DNA of 64,000 nucleotides from Parcubacteria group bacterium GW2011_GWC2_48_17 (GCA_001003605.1 LCPL01000001.1:7976-71975), one strand, 5' to 3'; shown: positions 47,896 through 57,911, counted from the first letter of the stretch. Notes: generated by a model not told the origin, from the sequence alone. Numbers and translations: made by a program.

Positions 47896-49146
47896 ATGAG
47901 ACAATCACAGCTTTTTACAAAGACGAGAAAAGAAGTTCCATCCGATGAAATTGCAAAAAACGCCAAGCTTTTGATTCAAGCTGGCTATGTCCACAAAGAA
48001 ATGGCGGGCGTTTATTCCTTTTTGCCACTCGGATTGCGCGTAATGAATAAAATTATCGGCATCATACGAGAGGAGATGAACGCAGTTGGCGGGCAAGAGC
48101 TTCACTTAACGGCGCTCCAAGACCCGAATGTATGGCAGAAGTCTGGGCGTTGGAGCGACGAAGCAGTTGATAATTGGTTCAAGACCAAGGTGAAAGTAGG
48201 AGGGGAAGTCGGACTTGCCTTCACGCACGAGGAACCGCTCACCCGCATTATGAAAGACCATATTCGTTCCTATAAGGACCTTCCATTTTCCGCGTATCAG
48301 TTTCAGACGAAATTCAGAAACGAAACGCGCGCGAAGAGCGGCATTCTGCGAGGCAGGGAGTTTCTTATGAAGGATATGTACTCATTTTCGCGCCATGAGA
48401 AAGAGCACGAGGTATTTTACAAGAAGGCGATAGACGCATACAAAAAAATCTTCACGCGTTCTGGAATAGGTGAAGAAACCTATCTCACCTTTTCCTCCGG
48501 CGGAAGCTTTAGCAAATACTCGCACGAGTTTCAGACGCTAACTTTAGCCGGCGAGGACACGATCCATCTCTGCGAGAAGTGCTCGGTCGCAGTGAATGAG
48601 GAAATCATCAAAGACCAAAGCGCCTGTCCAGAATGCGGCAACAAAAAACTCGCGAAAAAGACAAGCGTGGAAATCGGGAATATCTTTACGCTCGGGACGC
48701 GATTCTCGGAGGTACTCGACCTCGCGTATCTTGATGAAAAAGGCGAAAAACAATTTGTATTTATGGGTAGCTATGGTATCGGTCCGGGGCGGATTATGGG
48801 TACGATTGTGGAGCTTCTTTCCGATGAAAAGGGGATTGTCTGGCCAGCCGCAATCGCGCCGTTTCAGGTACATCTTATCTCGATTATCGGCGCAAACGGA
48901 GAAGATGTACGAAAAGAAGGCGATGGCTTATACGAAAGGCTTATGAAGAAGGGAATTGACGTACTCTATGATGACCGCGATATCCGCCCCGGAGAAAAAT
49001 TCGCAGACTCCGACCTTATCGGCATCCCGACACGAGTGGTCATAAGCGAAAAGGCCATAAAAAGCGGAAGACTTGAGGTAAAAGGCCGCAAAACAGACAC
49101 TGTTCAAATGCTCTCCGAACCCGACTTTCTTAAAACACTCTCTTAA
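47896..49146 (+). CDS. proS: Proline--tRNA ligase (short form without editing domain)
   Basis: MRQSQLF, THEE, FRNE.R...G.LRGREFLMKD.YSF and MGSYGIG motifs. Confidence 0.95.
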   Translation: MRQSQLFTKTRKEVPSDEIAKNAKLLIQAGYVHKEMAGVYSFLPLGLRVMNKIIGIIREEMNAVGGQELHLTALQDPNVWQKSGRWSDEAVDNWFKTKVKVGGEVGLAFTHEEPLTRIMKDHIRSYKDLPFSAYQFQTKFRNETRAKSGILRGREFLMKDMYSFSRHEKEHEVFYKKAIDAYKKIFTRSGIGEETYLTFSSGGSFSKYSHEFQTLTLAGEDTIHLCEKCSVAVNEEIIKDQSACPECGNKKLAKKTSVEIGNIFTLGTRFSEVLDLAYLDEKGEKQFVFMGSYGIGPGRIMGTIVELLSDEKGIVWPAAIAPFQVHLISIIGANGEDVRKEGDGLYERLMKKGIDVLYDDRDIRPGEKFADSDLIGIPTRVVISEKAIKSGRLEVKGRKTDTVQMLSEPDFLKTLS

Positions 49147-49167
49147 CATTCAAAATCCTTCTTCTGT

Positions 49168-49205
49168 TTTTAGCAAACACTCACGGCCGTGAGTGTTTGC
49201 TAAAA
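49168..49205. repeat. Perfect 38-bp palindrome overlapping the stop of the PaaX/Cas2-like gene
   Basis: ttttagcaaacactcacgg|ccgtgagtgtttgctaaaa. Confidence 0.9.
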
Positions 49206-49802
49206 TTGGTCCAGTTTAAAGATATACTTCCAGTGCTCCTCATTATCGATATGTTCCGCAATGATGAGCCGCACATACTTCCTGATATCAAGCGCTTCAA
49301 CGATAAAATCAATTTCATTCCCGCATTCAAATGGATAGATTCCCGCGGAGTGTTGAAGTTTGCGGAATCCGAGCCTTTTCAGGTGATCTCGGAAAGCATC
49401 CCGAACCACACGCTCGTCCTCCGGGATGTCATACAAAACAATCCACCATTTTTTGCTCCAGATACCTGAATGTTTGATCTTCATATGGTACATTCGGTAG
49501 GTGAGGGAGCGTTTTTTTCCGTTTTCACTGAGTACAAGCGTGTGAGTCCCATCAGCATTCTCTTTTGCCTCGACTAGCCGAGACTCATAGAGTGCATCAA
49601 TAGCACGTTCCGCCGCCTGCCGCTTGATATCGTGCCAGTCCCCATACATATCTTTGATAATCTTCCACTGCTGTCCCGGCGAACGCGAACAGCTAAGAGC
49701 TACTCCTCCGGCGAGCAGCAGTAAGATCTTTCGCTGTACTCCTCCGAGACCCCTTTTTTGCTTTCGCAACCGTATTTTCCGATTTCTTTCCGTGGTATCC
49801 AT
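49200..49802 (-). CDS. PaaX-like protein: winged helix plus Cas2/VapD-like domain
   Basis: wHTH-like L.E.G segment followed by W.KKWWIVLYDIPE..R..RD.FR..LK.LGF.KLQ.S. Likely start is ATG 49802. Confidence 0.8.
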   Translation of the reverse strand: MDTTERNRKIRLRKQKRGLGGVQRKILLLLAGGVALSCSRSPGQQWKIIKDMYGDWHDIKRQAAERAIDALYESRLVEAKENADGTHTLVLSENGKKRSLTYRMYHMKIKHSGIWSKKWWIVLYDIPEDERVVRDAFRDHLKRLGFRKLQHSAGIYPFECGNEIDFIVEALDIRKYVRLIIAEHIDNEEHWKYIFKLDQF

Positions 49803-49810
49803 GCAGTCAA

Positions 49811-49848
49811 TTTTAGCAAACACTCACTGCCGTGAGCAAATGCTAAAA
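49811..49848. repeat. Hybrid 38-bp palindrome immediately upstream of the PaaX/Cas2-like gene
   Basis: ttttagcaaacactcactgccgtgagcaaatgctaaaa: left arm as in 49168, right arm as in 22368. Confidence 0.9.
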
Positions 49849-49939
49849 AAGTGAAAGATAGTTCTTGAATACGAACATACTACTTACATTCAGAGTAGCT
49901 TTGCGTTTGGCTGTATTCGTATATAATGCGTAAACCAAC

Positions 49940-51004
49940 ATGCTCAAAAAATATTGGGAAAAAATTAGTGGATATCTTTCCAACGACATCGGCATTGACC
50001 TTGGCACCGCTAATACCCTTGTGTATATGCGCGGGCAAGGCATCGTCATCAATGAGCCGTCGGTGGTCGCGGTAAACCAGAAGACAGGACAGGTTGTAGC
50101 TGTTGGTTCGCAGGCAAGAGAAATGCTTGGTCGCACCCCGGCTCATATCGTAGCGGTGAAGCCCCTCGTTGGCGGAGTCATTTCTGATTTTGAGGTAACG
50201 GAAGAAATGCTCGCGTACCTTATAAGGCGCGCGGAGACTAACTCGCGAAAAATACTAGGCCCGCGCGTTGTCGTCGGAGTTCCATCGGGTGTCACGAATG
50301 TGGAAACGCGCGCCGTCCGCGACGCGACCAAGAACAATGGAGCCAGCCAAGTTTTCATCGTTGAAGAGCCAATGGCCGCCGCCATTGGCATACGGCTCCC
50401 GGTGAATGACCCCATAGGGAATATGATAGTGGACATAGGGGGCGGAACGTCCGATATAGCAGTTATCTCTCTTGGAGGAATTGTTCGCTCAAAAAGCCTC
50501 AAAATTGCCGGCGACAAATTCAACCAGGACATCATTTCGTTCATCCGAAGCGAATTTAAAATGCTAATCGGAGAAAAGACCTCGGAAAACCTGAAGATAG
50601 CTATCGGTTCCGCATTGCCGCTTCCTGCGCCGCTTGAAGCAGCCATCAGAGGACGCGACCTTATAACCGGTCTTCCGCGCGAAATCGTAATAACAGATAC
50701 GGACGTGCGCGAAGCAATCGCGCCTTCAATCGACCATCTCATTGAAGCGGTAAAAGAAGTCCTTGAAACAACTCCCCCAGAGATAGTATCCGATGTTATT
50801 GGAAGGGGACTTTATCTTGTGGGGGGAGGAGGCCTAATAAAGGGACTTGCAGAACTTCTCGCGGAAAATCTTAAAATCCCGGTACACTGCGCCGATGATC
50901 CCATGACCGCGGTAGCGCGCGGCGCCGGCATTATTCTTGAAGACTTTGAGCGTTACAAGGACGTACTTATTGAAAGCGAAGATGAATTACCGCTTCATTC
51001 GTAG
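49940..51004 (+). CDS. mreB: Rod shape-determining protein MreB (paralog 2)
   Basis: GIDLGTANTLV, EEPMAAAIG and DIGGGTSD motifs; upstream of mreC. Confidence 0.96.
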   Translation: MLKKYWEKISGYLSNDIGIDLGTANTLVYMRGQGIVINEPSVVAVNQKTGQVVAVGSQAREMLGRTPAHIVAVKPLVGGVISDFEVTEEMLAYLIRRAETNSRKILGPRVVVGVPSGVTNVETRAVRDATKNNGASQVFIVEEPMAAAIGIRLPVNDPIGNMIVDIGGGTSDIAVISLGGIVRSKSLKIAGDKFNQDIISFIRSEFKMLIGEKTSENLKIAIGSALPLPAPLEAAIRGRDLITGLPREIVITDTDVREAIAPSIDHLIEAVKEVLETTPPEIVSDVIGRGLYLVGGGGLIKGLAELLAENLKIPVHCADDPMTAVARGAGIILEDFERYKDVLIESEDELPLHS

Positions 51005-51794
51005 CATCAAAACAAAAGGACTGTCGTCGGAGTTTTGGCTCCCACTTTGTTTTTTCGTGGCGATAATTCTTTTTCATTTCGCTTACCCGACGGCGCTTGG
51101 AAACCTTGCGTCGCGCGCAGCGTCGCCTATCTGGAGCGGAAAGCAATTTTTGAGCGATAAGCTCAATGAGCTATTTTTCTTTTTTTCTTCAAAGAAAGAA
51201 TTGACAGACGATGTGAATCGGCTTTCGTCGGAGTTAGAGCGCGCAAAGACCCTTCTTCTTGATAGGGAACTATTACTTTCGGAAAACAGAATCATTAAAG
51301 AACAGTTCGGACGAGCTAAAGAGCAAAAAGGACGTCTAATCGGAGCGATTTTGAAGACGCCTCCGAAATCACTTTATGACACTGCTGTTATAGACATAGG
51401 ATTGGAAGATGGCGTGCGAATTGGCGACCTCGCTCTTTCAGGGTCCGTGGTTTTAGGCGTTGTCGGCAAAGTATTCGCGCACACATCACTGGTCGAATTC
51501 TTTTCAACTTCAGGGAAGAAAACCGCAGTAGTGATACTCCACGATGATAAAGCTATTCCCGTAGAGGCAGAGGGAAGAGGCGGCGGGGAGTTTCGCGCGA
51601 CTCTGCCCAAAGAAGTCTCTATCATAGTCGGCGATAGTGTTGTGATGCCAGGTTTGAGTTTGCTCCTGTTCGCCACTATTGAAGCTATCGATGGGAGTGA
51701 TACAGACTCTTTTCAGACGGTTCGCTTCAAGAATCCAGTTTCGATAGAGCTGCTACGAATTTTGGAAATCCAAAACACAACGCCCCAAGAGTGA
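50982..51794 (+). CDS. mreC: Rod shape-determining protein MreC
   Basis: TM, coiled-coil (L.SEN..IK), and IDIG..DGV..G beta domain; overlaps the mreB end. Confidence 0.85.
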   Translation: MNYRFIRSIKTKGLSSEFWLPLCFFVAIILFHFAYPTALGNLASRAASPIWSGKQFLSDKLNELFFFFSSKKELTDDVNRLSSELERAKTLLLDRELLLSENRIIKEQFGRAKEQKGRLIGAILKTPPKSLYDTAVIDIGLEDGVRIGDLALSGSVVLGVVGKVFAHTSLVEFFSTSGKKTAVVILHDDKAIPVEAEGRGGGEFRATLPKEVSIIVGDSVVMPGLSLLLFATIEAIDGSDTDSFQTVRFKNPVSIELLRILEIQNTTPQE

Positions 51795-51797
51795 TTT

Positions 51798-52005
51798 TAG
51801 AACTCATCCCAAAACCTACCATGGTGTTATTGATTGAAGCCATTTCGCATCGTCGTTTCGCAAAATCCGGTAAAAAACGGCTTATCCTCGGTCGCCTGCC
51901 TGCCGGTCAGGCAGGGAGTACCTCGGTACACCTCCCTCGTCTGCTCCGTTTTTTCCTCGGATTTTGCGAAACTTTGGATTGCGATAGGTTTTTGGATGAG
52001 TTCTA
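51798..52005. mobile_element. TA-flanked structured repeat element, copy A
   Basis: 21-bp terminal inverted repeats (one mismatch) and a 15-bp inner stem; homologous to 59854-60041 in reverse orientation. Confidence 0.8.
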
Positions 52006-52283
52006 TGAGAATTAAAACTAAACTGATAATTTTGAGGGCCATTGCTGATTTTCTGCTTATCACCGCGGCGTTTCTTCTTCCTTGGTGGGTTGTTCTTTTG
52101 TGCGCAGCCGCGCTTTTCTTTGTGTTTGAACGTTTTTTCGAGCTTTTTCTAGTTGCTTTTTTGATGGACCTTCTTTTTGCCGTCCCGCTTCCGCGTTTCG
52201 GCAGATTCGAGTTTGTGCTCTCGTTCGGATCGGTGTTCCTGTATCTAATCCTCAACGCCATCAAAAAGAAGATGCGAATATAA
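52005..52283 (+). CDS. Small membrane protein in the mreD position
   Basis: Very hydrophobic 92-aa ORF between mreC and the PBP2 gene. Confidence 0.6.
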   Translation: MRIKTKLIILRAIADFLLITAAFLLPWWVVLLCAAALFFVFERFFELFLVAFLMDLLFAVPLPRFGRFEFVLSFGSVFLYLILNAIKKKMRI

Positions 52284-52414
52284 ACTTATCAAGTTTCAAT
52301 CAAATCTTTAATTTTTTTTAATCTTCAAATTTCTGGCATTGATTGAAAATTGCCTGCCCGCCGAAGGCTCGGCGTAGGCGGGTAAATTGATAATTGAAAA
52401 TTTAAAACATCCAT

Positions 52415-54133
52415 ATGCTACAAAGATTTCTTAAATTGTTTAGTTCACGTAGAGTCGCTCTGCATGGGAAGAAGGAAATCAATCCTGATGAGATATTTCT
52501 TGATTCTAGCAATCTGCCGCAGTTTGACAGGCACCAATTCGAGGGCCGCCTTGAGCGTCCTATAGCTCGCCGCACCATTTTCATTTTAGGTGGCGTATTT
52601 TGCTTGGCAATGCTTCTGGTTCTCTCAAAGACCTTTTCACTTCAAATAATGGAAGGAGACCGGTACGCAAATCAAAGCGCGCAAAATCGCCTGCGCCACA
52701 GCCTGATTTTTGGCTCGCGCGGCGTGTTCTATGACAGGAACGGAACATTACTCGCATGGAATGTCATTGATGACGCTAAACCTGAATTTTCGAAGCGCAA
52801 ATATCTGGAGCAAAATGGACTGTCGCACGTCGTAGGATTTATAAAATATCCTTCAAAGGATAAAGCAGGGTTCTATTATAAAGTTGATTTTGAAGGACTT
52901 GATGGAGCGGAAAAGTATTACAACGAATATGTCGCGCCGCAACATGGAATCAGAATCGTTGAAACAGACGCTCATGGGAATATTCAGTCGGAGAGCGTGT
53001 TAAAGCCGCCAAAAGATGGAGCAAACATTACTCTAACTATCGACGCGCGCCTTCAGAGTAAGCTTCACGAGTTAATGGAAGGTCTAGCGAAGGAACGCGG
53101 TTTCAACGGAGGCGCCGCAGTCATAATGGATGTTCAAAACGGCGAGCTTCTCACCATGGTGAGCTTTCCAGAGTACGATTCACAAGTTCTTACCGATGGT
53201 AGCGATGAAGACGCCATAAAAAAGACGCTTGCTGACCCAAAGACTCCATTCCTCAATCGAGCTACAAGCGGACTATACGCGCCAGGCTCTATCGTTAAGC
53301 CGTTCATAGCACTTGCTGCGTTGGAAGAGGGAATAATAACGCCAGAGAAGGAGATAGTAAGCACAGGCAAGATATCAGTTCCGAACCCATTCGACCCGAG
53401 CAAGCCGAGTGTTTTTAAAGATTGGAAAGCGCACGGCGCTGTTGATATGCGCAAAGCATTGGCAGTTTCATCCGACATATATTTCTACGAAATAGGCGGG
53501 GGGTTCGAAGAACAAAAAGGACTTGGTATCGGGAGCATCGAAAAGTATATGCGTCTATTCGGCTTCGGCGAGGAGCCAGGAGGAAACGATTTCTTTGGTG
53601 AAGCCGGAGTCATCCCAAATCCCAAGTGGAAACGCGCGAATTTTAACGGTGAAGCGTGGAATCTTGGCAATACCTACCATACGTCGATTGGGCAATATGG
53701 ATTTCAGGTAACTCCCTTGCAGGTGGCGCGCGGAGTTGCCGCGATTGCGAATGGCGGAAAGCTTTTAGAACCTCGGCTTGTAGAGGAAAAAGAAATTCCG
53801 CCGTCATATGCGGTGATTCCTATCAAAACTTCCTCTTTCGGGGTTGTGAAAGAAGGTATGCTTGGCGCCGTAACTTTAGGTGGCACGGCAAGTGGACTTT
53901 CCATTCCCAACATAAGCGTTGCCGGAAAGACTGGAACAGCGGAGCTAGGAACCTTAAAAAAACTAGTCAACTCATGGGTAGTGGGATTCTTTCCATATGA
54001 AAAACCTGCGTTTGCGTTTGCAATCATAATGGAAAAAGGCCCGCGTGATAACACCATAGGCGCGACTTTTGTGGCTAGGCAGCTATTCGAGTGGATGAGC
54101 GTGTATACGCCGGAATACCTGCGGAGTCAGTAA
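52415..54133 (+). CDS. mrdA: Penicillin-binding protein 2 (class B transpeptidase)
   Basis: NRA..GLYAPGSIVK (SxxK), SSD and KTGTAE motifs; in the mre cluster. Confidence 0.9.
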   Translation: MLQRFLKLFSSRRVALHGKKEINPDEIFLDSSNLPQFDRHQFEGRLERPIARRTIFILGGVFCLAMLLVLSKTFSLQIMEGDRYANQSAQNRLRHSLIFGSRGVFYDRNGTLLAWNVIDDAKPEFSKRKYLEQNGLSHVVGFIKYPSKDKAGFYYKVDFEGLDGAEKYYNEYVAPQHGIRIVETDAHGNIQSESVLKPPKDGANITLTIDARLQSKLHELMEGLAKERGFNGGAAVIMDVQNGELLTMVSFPEYDSQVLTDGSDEDAIKKTLADPKTPFLNRATSGLYAPGSIVKPFIALAALEEGIITPEKEIVSTGKISVPNPFDPSKPSVFKDWKAHGAVDMRKALAVSSDIYFYEIGGGFEEQKGLGIGSIEKYMRLFGFGEEPGGNDFFGEAGVIPNPKWKRANFNGEAWNLGNTYHTSIGQYGFQVTPLQVARGVAAIANGGKLLEPRLVEEKEIPPSYAVIPIKTSSFGVVKEGMLGAVTLGGTASGLSIPNISVAGKTGTAELGTLKKLVNSWVVGFFPYEKPAFAFAIIMEKGPRDNTIGATFVARQLFEWMSVYTPEYLRSQ

Positions 54134-54281
54134 GTAGCAAGTAGAAAGTAGCAAGTAGCAAGCAGGCAGTATCGAATTTTCTTTTTCTACCTTCTACCCT
54201 CTACTGTCTACCTTCTGCTTGTGCGTTGACTTACTCTCAAAAACCCGCTACAATCTTGAGGTTTAGCAAATCTAACGAATA

Positions 54282-54755
54282 GTGAACATGCCAGATACAC
54301 ACGAATATCTTACCAAGGAGAAGTTTGAGGAGCTTGTCAACGAATTGGACTATCTCAAGACAGATGGCAGGAAAAAAGTGGCTGAAAGTCTTGAATACGC
54401 AAAATCACTTGGCGATCTTTCGGAGAACGCCGAGTATCAAGAGGCGCGTGAGACTCAGGCGAATATAGAAGACCGCATCTTGAAGCTGGAAGTGATGCTT
54501 AAATCTGCCGTAATCATGAAAATGCATCACACGGAAGCGGTTGATATAGGCTCGACAGTTTCTCTCGCGCCAGAAGGCTTAAAGGATAAAGTGACCTACA
54601 AAATCGTAGGTTCGGAGGAGGCCAATCTTGAGCAAAAAAAGCTTTCTATCAATTCACCGCTTGGACGCGCGCTTCTTGGCAAGAAGAAAGGCGATAGTCT
54701 TATGGTAAAGACGCCTGGAGGCAATGTTATGTATATGGTAGTTCATATTGAATAG
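54282..54755 (+). CDS. greA: Transcription elongation factor GreA
   Basis: GDLSENAEY and SINSPLG.ALLGK motifs. Confidence 0.97.
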   Translation: MNMPDTHEYLTKEKFEELVNELDYLKTDGRKKVAESLEYAKSLGDLSENAEYQEARETQANIEDRILKLEVMLKSAVIMKMHHTEAVDIGSTVSLAPEGLKDKVTYKIVGSEEANLEQKKLSINSPLGRALLGKKKGDSLMVKTPGGNVMYMVVHIE

Positions 54756-54779
54756 CACCAACTTCCGATTACTTATCTT

Positions 54780-54911
54780 AAACTTCACAAAGCACAGTAC
54801 ACAAAGTCCAAACAGACTACACAAATCTCCAAAACACAAACTGAGCCGGTTTGATTTTTTGAAACACTGTGTTTTGTTTGGGTTTTTGGACATTGTGCCT
54901 TGGGTTTTGTC
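54780..54911. repeat. ~130-bp dispersed repeat element (copy 2)
   Basis: Reverse-complement homolog of 31433-31561. Confidence 0.85.
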
Positions 54912-54993
54912 AGAAAGTAAGTGAACTACCTGCCCGTCGAGACGAGTTCATCGCAGGAAGGGAAATTAGACAATTAGATGAATTGAATTCCTC

Positions 54994-56463
54994 ATGTCAT
55001 CACTCCAAGAAATCAGAGAAAATCGCCTTAAGAAGCTGAAATTGCTTCAAGACAAAGGAATAAATCCTTATCCTGTTTCGACGCGCCTAGACGCCACGCT
55101 TAAAGCGGCAACCAAAGACTTTGCGAAGCTCTCAAAGAAAAAGGAGATTTCAATTGCTGGTCGCGTCATGGCGCTTCGAGGGCAGGGCGGTCTCGTGTTT
55201 GCGGACCTTTTTGATGGTACAAGTAAATTTCAGGTGTTGCTAAAGAGAGATGAATTATCCAGCGATTTATTCAACCTTTGGAGCGATACTGTAGACATAG
55301 GAGATGTTGTGGAACTTTGCGGCAAGCTCTTTCTCACGAAACGCAGTGAGAAAACTCTTCAGGTCAAGAATTGGCGTATGCTCGCAAAGTCTCTACGCTC
55401 ACTGCCTGAAAAATGGCATGGCCTTACCGATACCGAGGAACGATTCCGCAAACGCTATCTTGATCTTTTGATGAATGAGGAAGTGCGGAATCGATTCGAG
55501 CTTCGTTCGCGCATTGTAAGCGCCCTGCGCAGGATTCTTGATGCGGAGGGGTTTCTGGAAGTTGAGACGTCAATCCTGCAGGAACTTGCGGGAGGCGCGA
55601 ACGCCGAGCCGTTTAAGACACACCACAACGCGCTTGATATTGATTTATACCTCCGTATCGCGCCGGAGCTTGACCTCAAAAAGCTTCTTATCGGCGGTTT
55701 TCCGAAGGTGTACGAGATAGGGCGCAGCTTCCGGAATGAGGGAATTGACGTAACGCACAATCCGGAATTTACGACCGTGGAATGGTACGAAGCATACAGC
55801 GATAGCGCGAAACAACAAATCTTTGTGGAACAAGTGCTTAAGAGCATTGTAGAGAACGTGCACGGCAAGACGCCTGTTCTCTTTGACGCGCACGAGCTTG
55901 ATTTCGGAAAGTCGTTTGCCAAAGCGACGTACTTTGAACTCCTGCAGCGTTACGCCCTCATTCCGCATCCAGAGAAAGCGACGCGAGAAAAACTGGCGCT
56001 TCACGCCGCCCAGCTTGGGGTAAAGGTTGACTCGGGCGACACCTCGGAAAAAATCATGGATAGCATTTACAAAAAGGCAATTCGGCCCAAACTTATTCAG
56101 CCAACAATCATCACGGAATATCCGAAAAATTATATTCCGCTCGCCAAGAAGAAAGAGGGAAGCGAGACAATGGTAGACGCATTCCAGGTTGTTGTCGGCG
56201 GATATGAAATTGTTAAGGCGTTTTCAGAACTCAATGACCCGATTGACCAGCGCGAGAGATTCGGCGTTCAAGAAAAAAATAAAAATGCAGGCGATAGAGA
56301 AGCCCAACCAAGCGATGAAGCATTTCTTGAAGCATTGGAGTACGGTATGCCGCCGGCAGGAGGACTCGCGATATCAATAGACCGCCTGACGATGCTTCTC
56401 TCAAACACAAAAAACATCCGTGAGGTCATATTCTTTCCGACGCTCCGGCCGAGGAATGAATAA
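54994..56463 (+). CDS. lysS: Lysine--tRNA ligase (class II)
   Basis: LPEKWHGL, RYLDL, YLRIAPEL, FRNEG...THNPEF and EYGMPP motifs. Confidence 0.97.
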   Translation: MSSLQEIRENRLKKLKLLQDKGINPYPVSTRLDATLKAATKDFAKLSKKKEISIAGRVMALRGQGGLVFADLFDGTSKFQVLLKRDELSSDLFNLWSDTVDIGDVVELCGKLFLTKRSEKTLQVKNWRMLAKSLRSLPEKWHGLTDTEERFRKRYLDLLMNEEVRNRFELRSRIVSALRRILDAEGFLEVETSILQELAGGANAEPFKTHHNALDIDLYLRIAPELDLKKLLIGGFPKVYEIGRSFRNEGIDVTHNPEFTTVEWYEAYSDSAKQQIFVEQVLKSIVENVHGKTPVLFDAHELDFGKSFAKATYFELLQRYALIPHPEKATREKLALHAAQLGVKVDSGDTSEKIMDSIYKKAIRPKLIQPTIITEYPKNYIPLAKKKEGSETMVDAFQVVVGGYEIVKAFSELNDPIDQRERFGVQEKNKNAGDREAQPSDEAFLEALEYGMPPAGGLAISIDRLTMLLSNTKNIREVIFFPTLRPRNE

Positions 56464-56480
56464 GGAATAGTAAATTGAAC

Positions 56481-56570
56481 AGCGGCACCACAGGGCGTTA
56501 GACCCTGCGGGTCGCCCCGACTTCCCTGCGCGGGAGCGCATGGTGTCCTCATTCGCATGCGCCATTCGTT
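56481..56570. repeat. REP-like multi-hairpin repeat (copy 2)
   Basis: Inverted homolog of 42984-43068; both copies begin just after a stop codon. Confidence 0.7.
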
Positions 56571-56676
56571 AAGCGTATCTACTATGAATTAGGAATTAAG
56601 GAAAAACAGCGGCGCGCGCGAGCGCGCCGCTGTTTGCCCATGCGTAAAGTTGACAATTTTAACGTCATGAATAGTA

Positions 56677-57588
56677 TTGCTTCGGGGCGCGAGAATACCG
56701 TTTCTTCGCGCATACAAATGGTACAGCGAAAACTCAATATTCGGAGCTCTAATGAAATTCTCAATTCTCACGCACGTTGTTGGACCGGTTGTTTCTGTTA
56801 TCGTAGCGGCCATCTTCTGGAAGAGCATGTCGGAAAAAGAAAATGGTGACGAAAAACTCTTGTGGCTGAATCTGAACACCCTCGCATTCGCCACAGGTAT
56901 GTATGCTTGTTTCTTCTTCTTCTATCAATTCTTCGACTTTTGGCTGTTCTCTGCGAACGCCTACAACATCAAGGATGAATGGACGCTTCCAGCTTTTTTT
57001 GGCATTTTCGCAGGACTTGTCATTTGTATTATGATCTCCGCGAGTAGGTTTATCGAAGGCGGAAGCCGCGAACGGCTTTCGATTTTCGAGTTCCGAAACG
57101 GTAGATCTGTATACCCAATAACTCTCCCAGTGTTTTTCGCCTCGATGATTGCCGCCATCGGTTTCTACGCCGGGCCACTTAGCCACTTCAAGGTCAGGGA
57201 TGGCTATCTCGCTCTTCGCGGAAATAACCTGACCTATGCTGGAGAGCGTGTTCGAGCAAATCACTTTCTTGGCGACCAGAAGGTGAAAATCATTCCGATT
57301 CACAAATCAGCACGAATCGACGGGCTTCGATATCGTCTTGGAAATAGCAAAGAGCTTGCGGCGATAGCCTTTGTTGATGTTTATCTTGATGTTGTGTCGG
57401 CAAAACACCGCGGGGTGAAGTTCTTTAATCCAAGGGCAATAGATACAGAAGTTAAAGCCAAGGTAGCGCAGGCGGTATTGGAACATCCAAGTAGTCTCGC
57501 TACTGTGGCGCCACAGGAGATTTCTCTTTCTGGCTTCCCAGCGTCGTGGCGGGTGACTAAGCTTGAGATTTTCTTCAATCCCATGTAG
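56677..57588 (+). CDS. Hypothetical membrane protein
   Basis: About four TMs and a soluble C-terminus; start uncertain. Confidence 0.6.
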   Translation: MLRGARIPFLRAYKWYSENSIFGALMKFSILTHVVGPVVSVIVAAIFWKSMSEKENGDEKLLWLNLNTLAFATGMYACFFFFYQFFDFWLFSANAYNIKDEWTLPAFFGIFAGLVICIMISASRFIEGGSRERLSIFEFRNGRSVYPITLPVFFASMIAAIGFYAGPLSHFKVRDGYLALRGNNLTYAGERVRANHFLGDQKVKIIPIHKSARIDGLRYRLGNSKELAAIAFVDVYLDVVSAKHRGVKFFNPRAIDTEVKAKVAQAVLEHPSSLATVAPQEISLSGFPASWRVTKLEIFFNPM

Positions 57589-57665
57589 TGGGCAGTTTGA
57601 ATTCCCGCGCACCGTGGTTTCGAACAGCGTTCTGGGTACAGGCGCTGCTTTTTGTTATGCACAGG

Positions 57666-57735
57666 TTATCCACACGAAAATGCTATGCAGTGGGCGGAAG
57701 TGTTATAGAATATGAAACAAGTGGGATTTGGTGGG
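57666..57735 (+). promoter_or_regulatory. dcw promoter region: DnaA box and putative MraZ-binding GTGGG repeats
   Basis: TTATCCACA at 57666-57674; GTGGG at 57690, 57721 and 57731 (last two 10 nt apart) upstream of mraZ. Confidence 0.6.
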
Positions 57736-57911
57736 AAACATAGGAAATCCTTAACAAAAAAGAATGAAAATTGAAAAACTAATCTACAAGGTTTTTTATA
57801 AAGGAAAAAAGTTCGCACTGCCAATAACAGTCAGCGTGAATGTGTTATTGCGTGAAAAAGTCCGTGTTCATTCTTCAAGAATCCTAAATCCTAAATCCTA
57901 AATCCTTCTCC

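Noticed and set aside
49168-49848. CRISPR-Cas locus (Cas2-like gene with ~38-bp repeats)
   Set aside because: No repeat-spacer array and no cas1 or effector; the repeats flank a gene rather than spacers.
44077-51004. Two mreB genes as a recent duplication or misassembly
   Set aside because: The paralogs are well diverged and have different neighbours, consistent with an old paralogy.
51791-52015. Similar short ORFs at 51791-52015 and 59812-60018 as a protein family
   Set aside because: The similarity comes from the shared non-coding repeat; changes track base pairing rather than codons.
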